Shown in pieces: positions 37,475 to 51,468 of a DNA stretch of 64,000 nucleotides. Under the pieces are notes generated by a model that was given only the letters and a program-made list of their open reading frames with translations, was not told the DNA's origin and did no database searches. A program made the position numbers and the translations under genes. The first letter of the stretch is position 1; each line of letters begins with the position of its first letter. Source of the DNA: Eledone cirrhosa (lineage: Eukaryota); contig OZ024741.1 of NCBI GenBank assembly GCA_964016885.1, forward strand, positions 91,822,001 to 91,886,000, written 5' to 3'.

Positions 37475-40400
37475 GGCGACCTACGTAGGAAATCGTATCA
37501 TCGTGAGCTCCGCAAAGGTTTGTTGTTTTCGTTTGTTTAAAATTGCCATGTATGGAAAATTTTTGTTGTTAACTGTTTATAATGTCACAAAATTTGCTTT
37601 CGGAAAAGGACACTCAAAAAGATTGGGGCCTTGGGCCCAAAATTTATACTTTTATAATTATCAAACAAAAACTTTATTTGAAAAGATCATGGACGCCTCA
37701 CAGCCACACCTTCCTCACAAACTAACACCTCACACCGACACCACCATTGTAAATATTACTACGTTTGCCAACACTAAAAATATAAGCAGTAGCAATAATT
37801 TAAATTTGTCTCATGCAGACATTCATTTCCCGCCATTACCAATGACTGCAGGTGTTGAAGCCGCCACCCCCACCACCACCACAGCGAAAACAGAAACAAA
37901 AGAAAAAAATAAATTAATATCTCGTGACATCGAAATGGATTCACCCAAAACCGACTCTTTCACACCGAACACCACTGATGCCACTACCACCACAACTGAA
38001 ACTAAAAATAACAATAACAAAAATAACAATAACAACAACAGCAACAACAACAATGAAAGAACAACACCGTGTCGTTTGCCAAATCAGCCAAAATATGCGA
38101 AACAATCCAGGTAACCCAGGAGGAATTAGATGAAGCCAAGAGAATGGTAAATAAAGATGGGTACAGGGTCAGCCCCCCCCCCCCCTAATATGAACCGTGT
38201 CTTATTGGACGATTAACATAAAATTGCGCCGAGTAGAACGGGCATCCGAGTCCCAAATCCAAAAAGCTTTGGGACATGTGTGGGCCAAAAAAAACCACAT
38301 CAGACAAGGGCAGAAATACGGTACAGTGGACGTGTACTTTGGAACACCACAGGAGGCCAGAGAACACTCCATGGCCTCATTAAGAAGCGACGACTTCACA
38401 CTCGTCCCAAACTATTGTGGCCAGAGACTCGTAAATATCAGGGTGACCCACGTTCCACCGGCCATCGAAATTCCCTGGCTAATGGCTGCCTTCCTCGCCG
38501 GCATCGAGGCCAACACCAAAATAATAGAAATAGCAAAAGAAAAGCAGGAGAACTGGTCCGGCTCTGGGATGGAGCTCCTGATCCAAGCGGACCAAAAAAG
38601 CATTGAGGAGATCACAGACGTAATAGACCTCACTGACGGCAGCCACCTCACCGTAATCGTCGAGGGTAGAAGGCTTAGGTGTGTCGTTTATTGTGAAGGA
38701 ACCCACCTAAGGGCTTTCTGCCCTCAGGCTAAAAAGTTGAGGTCACCTCTCTTACTCACCCCAGTGACTCAACCATCAACACCACCAGCAGCAGAGATGG
38801 CAGCAACAACAGAAGCAACTGTAGCAGCAACAACCCCAGCAACAGTAGCAAAACCAACACCACCACCACCCAACGCGCCAGAACTAGCACCAGCGCCTAC
38901 ACCATCCACCACGCCACAACCAAAACCAACGCCTGTGGAGGATTTTACACTCCCCGACCTATCGCAACTGGAGACAGATTGTGACGACGAGGAGTGGGAA
39001 ACGGTATCAGCAAAAAAGAAAAAAAAAGAAAAAGAAGCCAAAAAAGAAAAAATCCTCTTCCTTCCCCCTCCAGAGGGAAACAAATAAACTATCAAACAAA
39101 AAAGTTAGGACAGCTATGCCACCATGCACACCAGCATCACCAACCCCATCACCACAAACACCAATACCATCACCACCATTAATCCCAACACCACCATCAC
39201 CAACACCAGAAAAGTCACCAAAAAGCAAAACAGAAACAAACCCACAACAAACGCAAACAAAACAAAACAACCAAAACGATACACACTACACAGCATTAAA
39301 TTTGAACAACAACCAATTATTACACTACATCCAACACAACACCAGCATCACAGAAAAAGACTACGCAACAACCCAAAAGTTCACACCACCTCCACATATA
39401 CAAATCACTCGCATCACACAGATAACGTAGATGACACTAAAACAAAAATTCCCCAAAGACATCGGAGACTTCCGACAAGCACTCTCCAGGAGGATTTATA
39501 AGGACATCCTTCTTATAAGGACATCTAAGGAGGCCACAAGCAGTGAAAAGGATGGAGAAACCTTCCTTCCTCTGCGAGAAGTAAGGTAAGGGGTCTTTCC
39601 CATCTTTTCCGCTCCATTTCAACATGACCTCACTCAGAATAGGCAGCATAAATGCGCGTGGCATGTGGTCGTCATGGAAGCAGGGCCACCTGCTCAACGA
39701 ACTCAACGACCTTAGGTCACTAAACATAGATGTAGTGGCCATCAGCGAGACCAGAATCTCCGAGGCACGGGCCTTCGCACCGATCTTCGGCGGCTACGAT
39801 GTGTACGCTCTCCCAGCCATCCTGGATCGTGAGGGGGGGGGGAGTTGCTGTGCTTTTTCGGAGAGGTTTGGATCTCGCCATACGGGCCATCTTCCTGGAC
39901 CCAGAAGGTAAGTTGGTAGTGCTGGACGTGACCAGCGGAGACGGGCAAGCTTTCAGGCTAGTGGCCATCTATGCTCCGACAGGAGCAGGGCGGCCTGATT
40001 TCTTCCGGCGTATGGAGACCTTGGAACGTCCCGTTCTTTAGTGTTAGTGGGCGACTGGAACGGGATCTTAGATGCACGCTGGGACTGTGTGGGATTAGCG
40101 GATAGGGGAGGAGGGTGCAAGAGCCTCACCAACCTGTGAGCCGAGGAGCGGTGGCGCTGCTGAGAAAGGATCCGAACAAGGGGGATAACATATATAATTT
40201 CAGGCCCATAACTCTGCTAAACTCAGAGTTCAAGATTTTGGCCAAGGTGCTAGCAAAGAGGTTGGCGCTTGTCGTTGGTGGTCTGGTGGGCGAGGCGCAG
40301 ACATGCGCCATTCCCGACAGATCCATCCACGACAACCTCCACCTCATGCGATACATCGTAGAGAGGGTAGCTAGGGAACCTGGCACGGGTGGGTCCTTGA

Positions 40401-42188
40401 TCAATTTAGATCAGTCGAAAGCATTCGATTGGATCGACCATTGTTAGCTTGCGGCAGTCCTGAGGGCGGCTGGCTTTGGGCCCGTCTTCAGAGGCTGGAT
40501 CGCTGCCATGCACAGCGACATCTGATCTGTGGTGAGAGTGAACGGTCACCTTTCGGAACCGTTCAACATCATGCGCTCGGTCCGCCAACGATGTCCCCTC
40601 TCGTCCCTCTTGTACGTATTGACTCTCGAGCCATTACTGCACAAACTGGAGACGTTGAGGGGGATCCCACGCGAAATAGGATGCAGAAGATCCGTGTCAG
40701 CATATGCGGACGATGTCACCGTAGTGGTGTCGAACGCCAAACACATCGAGGCGATCGGCACTACACTAAGAGAATACGAAGCGGTAACAGGAGCAATGAT
40801 CAACCAGGAAAAGTCAGTGGGCCTGCAGCTCGGAACCTGAAGAGTAAGGTCCATGTCGTCCAACAGTATCGTCGGGCGCTGGACGGACGGACCGGTTAAA
40901 TTGCTAGGGGTCTGGTTCGGTCCGGACCTCCAGACCGGCAAAAACTGGGACGAGGTGACGAGCAGGGTGGCTTCTCTCACCCAGAAATGGGCGAAGAGGA
41001 AGCTATCCCTGAAAGCGGAGGTGGCTAACGCGTACGACGCGCCCGTCATCTACTACCGCCTGACCGTCGTACCTTGTCCTAAGCCCCGCCTGGCTGCGCT
41101 GGAGCGTTTGCTCTTTCGCTTTTTGTGGAAGGGACGCGCTCCGATGGTCAGGCGGTCCATCTGCTGTCAAAACCCCGCTACCTGGAGGGCTGAGCATGCT
41201 GTGGCTTATGATACGCAGACACGCGCTCAGGCGACGACATCTCCACCTCTTCGTCGACGGTGATCAGGTGTGGTCGCCGTTTGCTAGACGCGTCTTTCCC
41301 CAGCTCGTCTCCTTGACGGAGCTGCAGTCCTGGGTCAAGCGAAGACCGAGAGGGAGCGCTTGGAGACTGGAATGTCTTCAGGCGCTCACAGCCCTCGACC
41401 AATCGGGCAATGTGATCGGTGGAAACTCCACCTTGGCGTTCTATAGAGGATTAGTGAAGGGGAAGAGCGACGACGTACTTGGGGAAACTCTAGGCGTCGA
41501 CGAAAATCAACTAGCCAATCTCTTCGGAAGAACTTTCGGGCCAGGGCCTATGGACAACTTCCAGAAATCCCTGGCCTGGCAGTGCTACCTAGGAGTTTGC
41601 CAGTTCGGGATAAACACTACAGGCATGAAGGTGCTGTCAGCCGGGCATGTCCGAGATGCGCGCAGGGCGACGAAACCGTCCTACACGCACTTGTCCAGTG
41701 TGAGCATTGCTGACTTGTGGGTTTATGTCGAACACCTGCTGTCGCGTGTAGGACGGATCCAACTATCACTTACCACTTCGGTGATGCCCTGATTAACTTT
41801 TTCAAATTTCATTTGAAAAGGAAAATCAAGGTATAGAGGGAAGTGCTCTCTTCCCAACATTTTGTTGAAAGATGGGTGAGAGAGGCAAGAATGGCCCGAG
41901 TGAATGGGCCTACTCTGAGTATGTGTCTGTAAATTGAAGGTGGAAAACTGGGAGAGGGCACTTGCCCTGGTGGTCAGGGTCACTGTGGCTTTTTAATGGG
42001 CTTTCTCCACGAATGTGCCTCGGAAGTCTCCCCCGTATAGGGGAATTTTTCATTGTTATTTTTTTGTTACATCCTCTGTTTTTTTGTTTTTTTTACACGC
42101 AGAAATGCCCATTTGTACCGTCCTGTATTGTCCTGTACTGTCCTTAATGTCTACTTTATCTAAACCCTTGTGGTTAATAAAGAAAGCC
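37474..42188 (+). mobile_element. Tx1/L1-like LINE, internally deleted
   Basis: ORF1 ~37689-39584 with knuckle-like CVVYCEGTHLRAFC. ORF2 from 39624: SINARGM, ISETR, GDWN; deletion at ~40136; RPITLLN, LDQSKAFD, AYADD. Ends aataaagaaagc. Confidence 0.92.
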
Positions 42189-42878
42189 TTATTTTTTTTG
42201 TCTTCTCTGCGCATGCGTTTGCGTGTGTGTATAGTGTTTTGTTTGATGTATGTTCGTGTTTGGGTGACTATGCATTGGTTATTGTATTCTATCTTAGTTT
42301 ACTAGGTGTGTTTATATGTGTTTGTTGTTATTGTGCTTGTGTATGTATTTATTTATTTATTTATACTTCTCTTAGGTCAGTGTTGTTTGTTTGGGTGTTG
42401 TTATTCCATTCGTATTTTCTCTTTAGCCTTGGCCTTCTAAGTTCTATTTCGCTGGCCTCTCTGATTTGCCTATCTGCTGGGTGATTTCTATGTTTAGATA
42501 TTATTCTAATTTCTATGTTGTCTATGTTACCGTCGTGTTGTTGTCTGGCATGTTCGTATGTTCGTATATAAATAAATAAATAAACAGACTAAATAAAGAT
42601 GGCGTAGGCATACAATACAACGGGAGGAAACATAATAGCACCACTGACGATATTGCAGATGTGCAACGAAAGAAGTCTGTTAGACTATATATATGTTTGT
42701 ATCTATATTGTATCTGTATTTTTGACCCTTGGTCAGTCAATGGTAACATTGAGGACCGAATAAATTAAATTAACCGATATAAAAGACACAGAAGCGAAAA
42801 CCAACCAAACAGTGAGTGTGTTCTGTTATTAATTCTGGCAATATTATTACACAAATATGACTCTCCCCAAGTATAACA

Positions 42879-42909
<31 letters not shown>

Positions 42910-43175
42910 ATATATATTATATATATATATATATACAAATATACATACATACATACATACATGTCAGTCAACGCGATCAGCCGCACATATTGGCGTGGGA
43001 GACTTCATTAAATGTAAGATGAATACTATCTCCGACAGTAATGCCACAACTACCAGTCATGTTGAATAACTGGATATTCTTCTAACTATATCCACTGAAG
43101 ACACCTTTTATTCGAATTCGTAGAGATACCCGACTAAGTACATAATTCATTTTACAAGGATTTGCTACAAACATA

Positions 43176-46100
43176 ATGGCCGGACACAATACCAACAAAA
43201 ACAATTCATCGAACACAAGGAGCGTAAACAATTTCCCGGAGAAAACCAGTGAGAAAATCAAGGAGAAAGGTAAACAAAATTTATTCAGTTGTAGCTACAG
43301 AAGAAACCGAAATTATAAATCGCATTTCTCTTGGATTTGCGAACTTAATGATGATTTATTTAATTGTTATAAAATGGCGAAAAAAACCCCTCCGTTGGCT
43401 ATATGAACGTAATGAAGCTACACTGGGAAGAAATACACCCAGATTTCACAACGAAACAACAAGCGACGTTTGTTGAACGTAAAAATAAGATAAATATTAG
43501 TAATTGTAAGTCCCCTACAACAAACATGGAATCAACAACACGTGCTACAGGTCACCATGCTACTAGACTTCCTAGAAGCCAGGTCGAACAGTGCCTTGAA
43601 ACAACTATGCCTGTAAGAAAGTTGACACCACGTGTAATATCTGAGTCTACCTCGCCTGTTGCGGAAAAAATTATCGATAATAATAATCGAAGAAATAATA
43701 TGAATATTTATATTCATATTATAGGATGAATATTTACGACGGATTAAAACCCCAACATTTTGGCAAATCAACGCCTGTTTATATGTCCTAGCAACGACAG
43801 TAAAGCATTATCTTGGTGATAGCAGAGATATTAACAAGGACAAAACACCACAAAAAATACCATCATATATAACTAAAATAGAAAAAAAGATTGCTGACCT
43901 ACGAAAAACTATAGAAAATGTGACAATGCTCCTTACTTGCAAACAAAAACAAAAAAATAATTCATTCCTCACCAACAAAGAGTAAAAAATAAAATGGAGA
44001 TGACGTTTAGTAGAACCATCAGAAGAACTCTTCAATTTAAGCTGATCACTCCCAAACAAGAATTGAGAGCTGTCAGCGAGAAACGCCGATACCAGAAGAA
44101 GGTAGATGAAAGAGAAGTGCTTAATAAAAGATTCAGACGAAACCAAACATCAGTCTATAGAGATATGAAGGGCAAAATAATAAATGTCACTGGGGCCCCA
44201 TCCCCGAAAGACAGATTCTTTTTGGAGAAAAATAAGAATTTCAAACAAGATGTAATGTGGCTAAAAGAAATCTAAAAGAACTATTGCTCCTACACTACAA
44301 CAAAAACATACGAAATAAGTGAGGGTACCCTTAAGACTGAGAGGAAAACTCCAAGATAAGAAAACACCAGGAAGAGACATGATTGTCGGATACAAAAAAC
44401 TGATATTCTATCGGATGTATCTTATCGACCTTTACCAATAAGTTCATAATGGATACACTTATACCAGAATGGTTGACATTAGCACAAACAATACTAGTCC
44501 CCAAGAACAAAGACACCCACTTGGAAAAAAGTACCGACCCATTGCATGCCAAAACCTGATGTATAAGATGTATACAGCCTGCCTGAACCTATTTCTCCAA
44601 GATCACTGTGAAAATAATAACATCATTACAGATGAACAAGCAGCTGGAAAGAAAGGTATTTGGTGGTGTGTTGAACAACACCTAATTAACAAAACTGCGA
44701 TGTTGGAGGTGCGACAACTTAGGAGGAATATGGCTACAGTTTGACTGGGCTACAGGAAAGAATTTGTTTCTGTCCCCCACTCTTGGATGATAGAGGTCCT
44801 CCGACTTGCTAAAGTTCCAGATATTATTATCAGAGCCACAGAGTAGCTGTCTTCTTCTTGGGCTACAATCCAAAAGTTAAAGACAGAGAAGGAGGACTCT
44901 ATTTCCACTGATAAAATAGAATATCACTGGGGGATATTTCAAGGAGACAGTTTCCCTGTGATACTATTTATCCTGTCATTAAACCCATTGCCCTATCTGC
45001 TCAAGAAATGTGAAGGATACATTTTGGCTCACAGGAGGACAGAAGTAGGAACTTAACCCATAATTTCTTTGTGGATGACCTAAAACTCTATGCCAAGAAC
45101 ATAGATGGGATGAAGAAAAATCTTTACCTGGTTACAACATGCTCAAAGGATATAGGAATGGAGTTTGGCGAAGATAAATGTTCATAAGCGGGGAAAAACT
45201 ACAATCCAATCTAGCAACATTTTCATCAATGGCCTAACTGTTTCACCGATACCTGATAAGGACTGCTACAGATACCTGAGGATAGATGAGAACATATCCT
45301 ATAATGGTATTTGTAATAAAGAACGCGTAACCAGGGAATATTACACCCGATTAAGAAAAATATGGTCATCGAAACTTTCTGAGCACAATAAAACAGTGGC
45401 TCACAATGTGTTTGCTGTGCCTGTTCTAACACCAACGTTTGGAATACTCAATTCGACGATTGACGAAATCCGAGCAATTGATGTTAAGACTCGAAAAATA
45501 CTAAACAACACCGGAAACTACCACATCAACAGTGACATAGACCGACTCTACTTGAAACGTAAGCAGAGAGGCAGAGGCCTAACATCAGTCCAGACAGCAT
45601 TTGAATGTCGCATTATATCCCTCCGACAACATTTACGAACCTCGAAGCGTAGGAGCCTGTCTATCGAGCAAGTATGTCTGCATGAGACAGATAAGATCAT
45701 GAGAGTGTGGGAAGGAATTCCTTGAAAGATATTCCCTGCGTGATAATCAAAAAGTCACACCCAGAGAAGTTGCCCAGCAGTACCGCAGTGAATCCATGGA
45801 TGAAAAACTGTATACTTAGTAAAAATTCAAGCATGGATATGTTGCCAGGAAGCTCCAGAGTGAGAGTAATATAGATAAACAAAGTAGTCTATCTTGGACC
45901 AACAACCGCTATATACAAATTCCTATCTTTGATGAGTTAATATCTGTATACAACAACTACAACGGTACGCGATGCGGCCCACCCACAGCCCCGGCGGACA
46001 GAATGGAGAAGGCCTTTCCCCGGAGGACGGCAAGGGAGACGAGCTGGAAAAGCCATTCCAAATCGCGGGGCTCACACCTGCGGCTGGCCAGCTCAGCGCC

Positions 46101-47510
46101 TATGGTGGTGAGTAAGGAGGTATCCCGCAGGGGTACGACCGCAAACCTATCGGAGAGCGACCGGTATTTGATGAGTTTGGTCCTCTCGGCCCGACGTGCA
46201 GCAGAACCTGGGTCAGTCGCAGATTGCGGCTGCAGAAAGTGTCGGTGCAAGTGGCATCCCAGACGAGGGGTTTGCCACTGCGGAACGGGAAGATGGTCAT
46301 GCAATCTGGCCTTTTCCGTCCGAATGGCTCGATCTGGGAAGGGAAGCCTGCAGCGTCCAAGCCATGCTTAATGACCTCGTTGAGGGTAGCATGGTGTGGA
46401 ATGCGGCCGGCACTGTGGCGACAGGAAAGCGGGTGGAGGCCGAAAGAGTTCACGGTGGAACCGCAGTGACATTGGTGTGGCTGGCAGATCCGGAGGCCGA
46501 GCCACAGGGAAACGCCGATTCGCAGGCTATGGTTCTCTAGCTGCGTGCCAGTGTAGAAGGAGGGCAGGGCATGGAGCCAGGCACCACTGTGGGGTTTGGA
46601 GGCCGCACGAAAACAAGCAAGGCGGTGCTGGTCGAGCTGGCGCGTAAGCCTGTCTGACGCCAGGCTGCACTGGGTGGCATCCCACGTGCGTTTGGGTGAC
46701 TTGACGTCAACAGGGGGAGAAGGAGGAGAGACGTCTACTGGGCTAAGTCCCAGCCGGTCCCACGTCTCACAGGTGGCCTCACGTTCTCTGAACACAGAGG
46801 GTTCTATTGGCTCCCACTTTGAAGGATACGCTTTTGCAATCCAAGAACAGGAGATCAACACAAAATACCTGATTCACAAAAGAAATAGGGATGCAGTCAA
46901 AACACCTAGATGTGATAGCAAGTGCAGACTCTGCAGAAGTAACATCGAAGATGTCACCCATGCCATAGGTCCAAAGATGTCATCGTGGTACTATCTACCT
47001 ATGAGGCATGGTATAGTGGCCAACACACTATACAATGCAATCCGTAGAAAAGATAGCCCCGATAATAATCACATTAAAAGCTACAGCAATGTGGAAGACA
47101 TATATATACATAATATGAAAGAGTACTGGTGGAATGTTTCAGTAAAAACCACAATAAAATGCAGGCATAACAGACCAGATATAATGATATGGGACAGGAA
47201 AAAGAAGGCATGCACAGTAGTGGAAGTTAGCTGCCCACCATATGCCAATATGATATGAAAGATTAGCGGAAAGGAGAATATCTATGTAGACCTAATGAGA
47301 AATCTGCCGATACTCGACCCTGACTATACCTTCAGATTTATGCCTGTGATTATTGGAGCACTGGGGTATGTTAGTAACTGCCTCAATACAAATCTTGAGA
47401 AGCTGGGCTTCACAGAAACAGAAAGAATACGACTAGTTAGGAAATTACAAGTACAATCCATTAATGGAACAGTAAAAATATGTAAAACATTCTAAAAATT
47501 CTGCATCTAA
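43176..47510 (+). mobile_element. Near full-length degraded R4/Dong-like element (RT + CCHC + REL)
   Basis: YRPIACQNLMYK, VEQHLINK, GIFQGDS, FVDDLKLYAK, DIDRLYLKR..GRGL, AIQEQEI, CRLC, RHNRPDIMIWD, VEVSCP, IIGALG. Confidence 0.9.
45915..46810 (-). mobile_element. 3' fragment of a CRE-clade-like non-LTR element inserted into the R4/Dong-like copy
   Basis: GC-rich; SGAWLHALP, C.CG..LHPLSC, RPD.MTIFPF..GKPLVWDATC.DT. It splits the host protein between WTNNRYI and SHFEGY. Confidence 0.85.
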
Positions 47511-48149
47511 TAACTGCATATACACTTGTACAGATACAAAACATATGCACATGCACACATACAACTCAAAACATACACATCCACACATAACATCCATACC
47601 TGCACACACATGCATGCATGCAGACATGCATACATATCTACCTAGTTGATGTGTAAATTCCAATGAGAGAGTCTTGTATCTATGTTAGAAACAAGCTCTT
47701 TCTCTCTCTCTATTGGCAAAAATTTGTGAAATTATAAAACCAGAAGAACATACATACATACATACAACCTTGCCACCAGGAAGGTGGCCGGTCAAAAAAT
47801 TATACTCGAAATTAAGAGAAAGAGATAACATACATACATACAAACATACATATATCAATACGAAGTCAAGCAAAGATGCTTTGCGATATTTCATACGACT
47901 CTCAGTAAGTCCTAAATCCATAATCCTTCTCTTGTACCAGGAGGTGCCACCGGCAGATAGAGTCATCAAAGGAAAGATCACTAAGAATATTGTTTTTAGT
48001 TCTGATCTGACGATCGACCTCTTTCCTTTCCTTTCCTTTCCTTTGTGTATCATACTCAAAAGAACCAAAAGTAATATATACTGGAACAAAATAAGGTGCA
48101 GAAAGTAAGATTCTTCGGTTCTCATTTAACGCAGTTTCAATTTACTTCC

Positions 48150-48720
48150 GTTGCTTCTACTTTAATAGCATTCGTATACTAGAATAGCAGGGTGTAAATC
48201 TCGTAATGTGAAAAGAAACATTTGGGTACTAGAGAGATTCCACATACACAAAGAAGCTGTAACAAGGTATATCAGTTATGACATGTCTAAATAGAAAACA
48301 GCCATATATCTGTAAAGAAAGGAGGGGATAAGTAAAGCCAATCGTTACAAAAAGCAATCTCCCATAAAGATTCACTATCCCCTCTAAACACATTTGCCGA
48401 GATCAGATTCCATTAAGAAATCGGTTGAATTCTACCCCAACAACAGTAGCTATAGATTGTACGTAAAATCAATAAACTATTTCTTATAAATGAGCGGCTT
48501 CAAAATATCCATATAGAAAACTTACTAAAAATTGTTAATAGATTCAACCAAGCCATAACAATGAATATGGGACTAAACAGATATTCCAAAGTTATCAGAA
48601 GAGGCGAATTAACAAAACTGAAAATATTAAATTAAATACTGACACCAAAATAAGAATATTGCACAAAAACAACCCACACAAATATTTAGGAGTTAAATAC
48701 CACTTAACTACTCTAGTTCA
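48150..48720 (+). mobile_element. Very degraded LINE RT remnant
   Basis: Traces such as FA.., SGFKI, KYLGV. Confidence 0.35.
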
Positions 48721-50059
48721 TGTAGGTTTTCTGCGTAGAGCTTCCAATAACCATGTCCCAAATTTGCTTACAAGCCTACTTCAAGTCACGTGTCCTTACC
48801 GCTACCGATTCTCAGTACCGGTATGCTTGTCTGGGAAATCATCTTTCGGCGGTGTGCTGTTTTCAGTTCTACAGTGATCCTCTACAGTTTAAAACAACTG
48901 GCGCCATGTTAGAACTTCAAGAGTAAAATGTTTACAGACTTTTGGCGCGGGCCTCATGCCAAAAATTTTCCGTATACTGCATTGAGCAGTAGGTGGTACT
49001 TTGTTTATGTGTTGTGTGTTGTTTTTTGTTATTGCGATTGTTTTGTTGTTGTTGTTTTTTTTGGCTTTGTTTTTTTTCTTATTGGGCTGCTTGATTACGT
49101 TGTTTCTTCTTTATTTTTTTGTTGTGGTTGTTGTAGTTGTAATTTTGTTTTTCATTTTGTTGATGTATATACCTTAGTTGATGCTTCTTGTTGCTTTGTG
49201 GGTTCGGTTGTTTTTGTTGTTCTTCGTGTGTTAATTGTGTTTTTGCTATTTTGTGGCTGGGTGATCAGTTTACAGATTCTTTGGCGTCCATTTTACCTTG
49301 GGATGATTATCATTGATTGCTTTTGTCCGGCCCCTAATGATAACGATCTTTTATTACCCAGGTTCCTCCTACTTCTCTTCGTAATTTGACCAGAGGTGAG
49401 AGAAGAATGGTTGTAGTGGTCGGTTGGTGGATTTGTGTATTTTTGCTTTAGTTTTTGAGTTGGTGTTTTTCTCCGTAAGGGGACAGTTCTGTTAAGTTTC
49501 TTTTTACGTAGGTGGTGGTAATTCTCTTCAATGTCTTGGTTGTCGCTTTCGTTTTGTTTAGGTTTTGTTTCGTATTTTGTTTTTGCCTTTTACTGCAGTT
49601 TTTGCTGCACACTGTATAATAAACAAATCATTGTAGATCTGTTCCAAATGTTTTATAATTTATAAGTGGATGGCGTTAAAACAAGACACCTTATTCATTG
49701 CTAATTCAACACTTCAAACACTGAAATTTTAAAATTCGTTGCTCGTTTAGTACGAGTAATTTAGTGGCAAAACTAATTAGAACGAGATAATTATTTCTTC
49801 TCAGTTTTCCTCTAATGAAATAAAACAGCTATTATTTAGCTGCATGTATTTGAACAACATCGACTTGGCACCGAGCATTATTTTCATTCACAAATTATCA
49901 TGTTGAAGCCAAATTCACATATGAAAGCGGATGTTTGAACCTTATTGGATTATTGTCAGATTATTTCTGCCAAACATTGGTCTAACGAGCATATATTTCT
50001 CTATAGGAATATAATCTAAATTGTGCTTCTTTTAGTGTGGTTTATTTAGTTACTATGTA

Positions 50060-50221
50060 TTTTAAATTGTATACATGTTAAATAGTATATATTTTATATC
50101 TTTTAAATTGTACACATGTTAAATAGTATATATTTTATATCTTTTAAATTGTATACGTGTTAAATAGTATATATTTTATATCTTTTAAATTGTATATATG
50201 TTAAATGGTATATATTTTATA
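50060..50221 (+). repeat. 41-bp minisatellite, about 4 copies, in an AT-rich tract
   Basis: ttttaaattgta(t/c)a(c/t)atgttaaatagtatatattttatatc. Confidence 0.9.
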
Positions 50222-51199
50222 TGGTGCATTTTTAAATGGAATATATTTAAATATATATCAATGGGAGATTTTAAATTCTATATATTTTAAATAATATATA
50301 TTTCAAATGTTATATATTTACAGGGTATATATTTAAATGACATTCTTATATGCTATATATTTAAAAGTTATGCTCTAAATGGTATATATTTGAAAGTTAT
50401 ATATTTTAAATAGCATATTTAAAATATAAGCATATTTAATCACTATATAACCCGGTTGAAGCTATTTAGCTTCAATTACATTGTTAAATGGTGCATAGTC
50501 TTATTTATTCATTGGTTTCCACTTACGTAAATACGACGAAATAAGACGGAAGTAGCTAGAATGTCGGATAGAATCCTTTGGCGAATTAGTTCCGGCTCTC
50601 TGCGCTCTCAGTTCAAATCCAATCGAGGTCAACTTTGCCTTTGGTCGGTTCGAGCTTGATATAAATAAAGCGTTAGTCAAATACTGGTTTTATTTTTCCA
50701 CTATATAACTATATATGTCACTTCACTGTCTGAAAAAAATCCGCTGTGTTTAGATTTGGATAAGGATGGGCTTTGGCGTGTAAAACCCCCCAAGATGGTG
50801 TTCATATGGCTCTATCAGTTCAGGGCCCATGAATGAATGAATTATAATTGTGATGTTTCACAGGAAATTGTATGGATTGGGTGCTATCCTGGCAGCTAAA
50901 GGGTAGGTGGTCTGTATTGCGTTGATGACACATGGTTGTGCTCTGTGCAAAGGCATTTAACATCCAATTGCCCATTCTACTTATCCGTAAATTCTAAATA
51001 TAGTGTATCTTTTCGGTAGTGAATGAACATGAGTTTGCACCCGAGAAGTTCCTCTCCGCTGCTTAAGTCTGGACAAAGTGTTTTCATGTAGGACCAGCAG
51101 TCATCCATGCATGTTAGTTACCCCTTTCCCTGCCATATTGTCCAAAGAAAATGCAAATACCGATAAAGCTTAGTACGAGCGATATTGCAACAAACTTCT

Positions 51200-51332
51200 T
51201 CCACCTGAATACACTGGAGCAACATGCAAAAAAGTACCTTCCTGAAAGACACAATACATCACTCGGTCTAGGAATTGAACTTACAACCTTACGATCACGA
51301 GCGTAACATCCCATCCACTAAGCCTCGCGGCT
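51200..51332 (-). mobile_element. tRNA-derived SINE head
   Basis: ggcttagtggatgggatg..cgtgatcgtaaggttgtaagttcaattcct. Confidence 0.65.
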
Positions 51333-51379
51333 TGACACAAAGTAAGGATGCTTATAACATCTAGGTTTCTACAGATCTC

Positions 51380-51468
51380 CACCCATTTAAGTACTAATTA
51401 GGCTCGACGTTGCTTAGCTTCTGCGATTGAACAAGAACCGATGTTTTCACGGTGATATGGCTGTAAAC
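51380..51468 (-). pseudogene. 5S rRNA pseudogene or 5S-derived SINE head, 3'-truncated
   Basis: Minus strand gtttacagccatatcaccgtgaaaacatcggttcttgttcaatcgcagaagctaagcaacgtcgagcctaattagtacttaaatgggtg aligns to the first ~90 nt of metazoan 5S. Confidence 0.88.

Noticed and set aside
43090-43130. CTGAAGA upstream of the R4/Dong-like ORF as a hammerhead
   Set aside because: No convincing stem II or GAAA
46596-47258. 220-aa ORF as a novel fusion protein
   Set aside because: Chance read-through from the antisense CRE-like insert into the host REL domain
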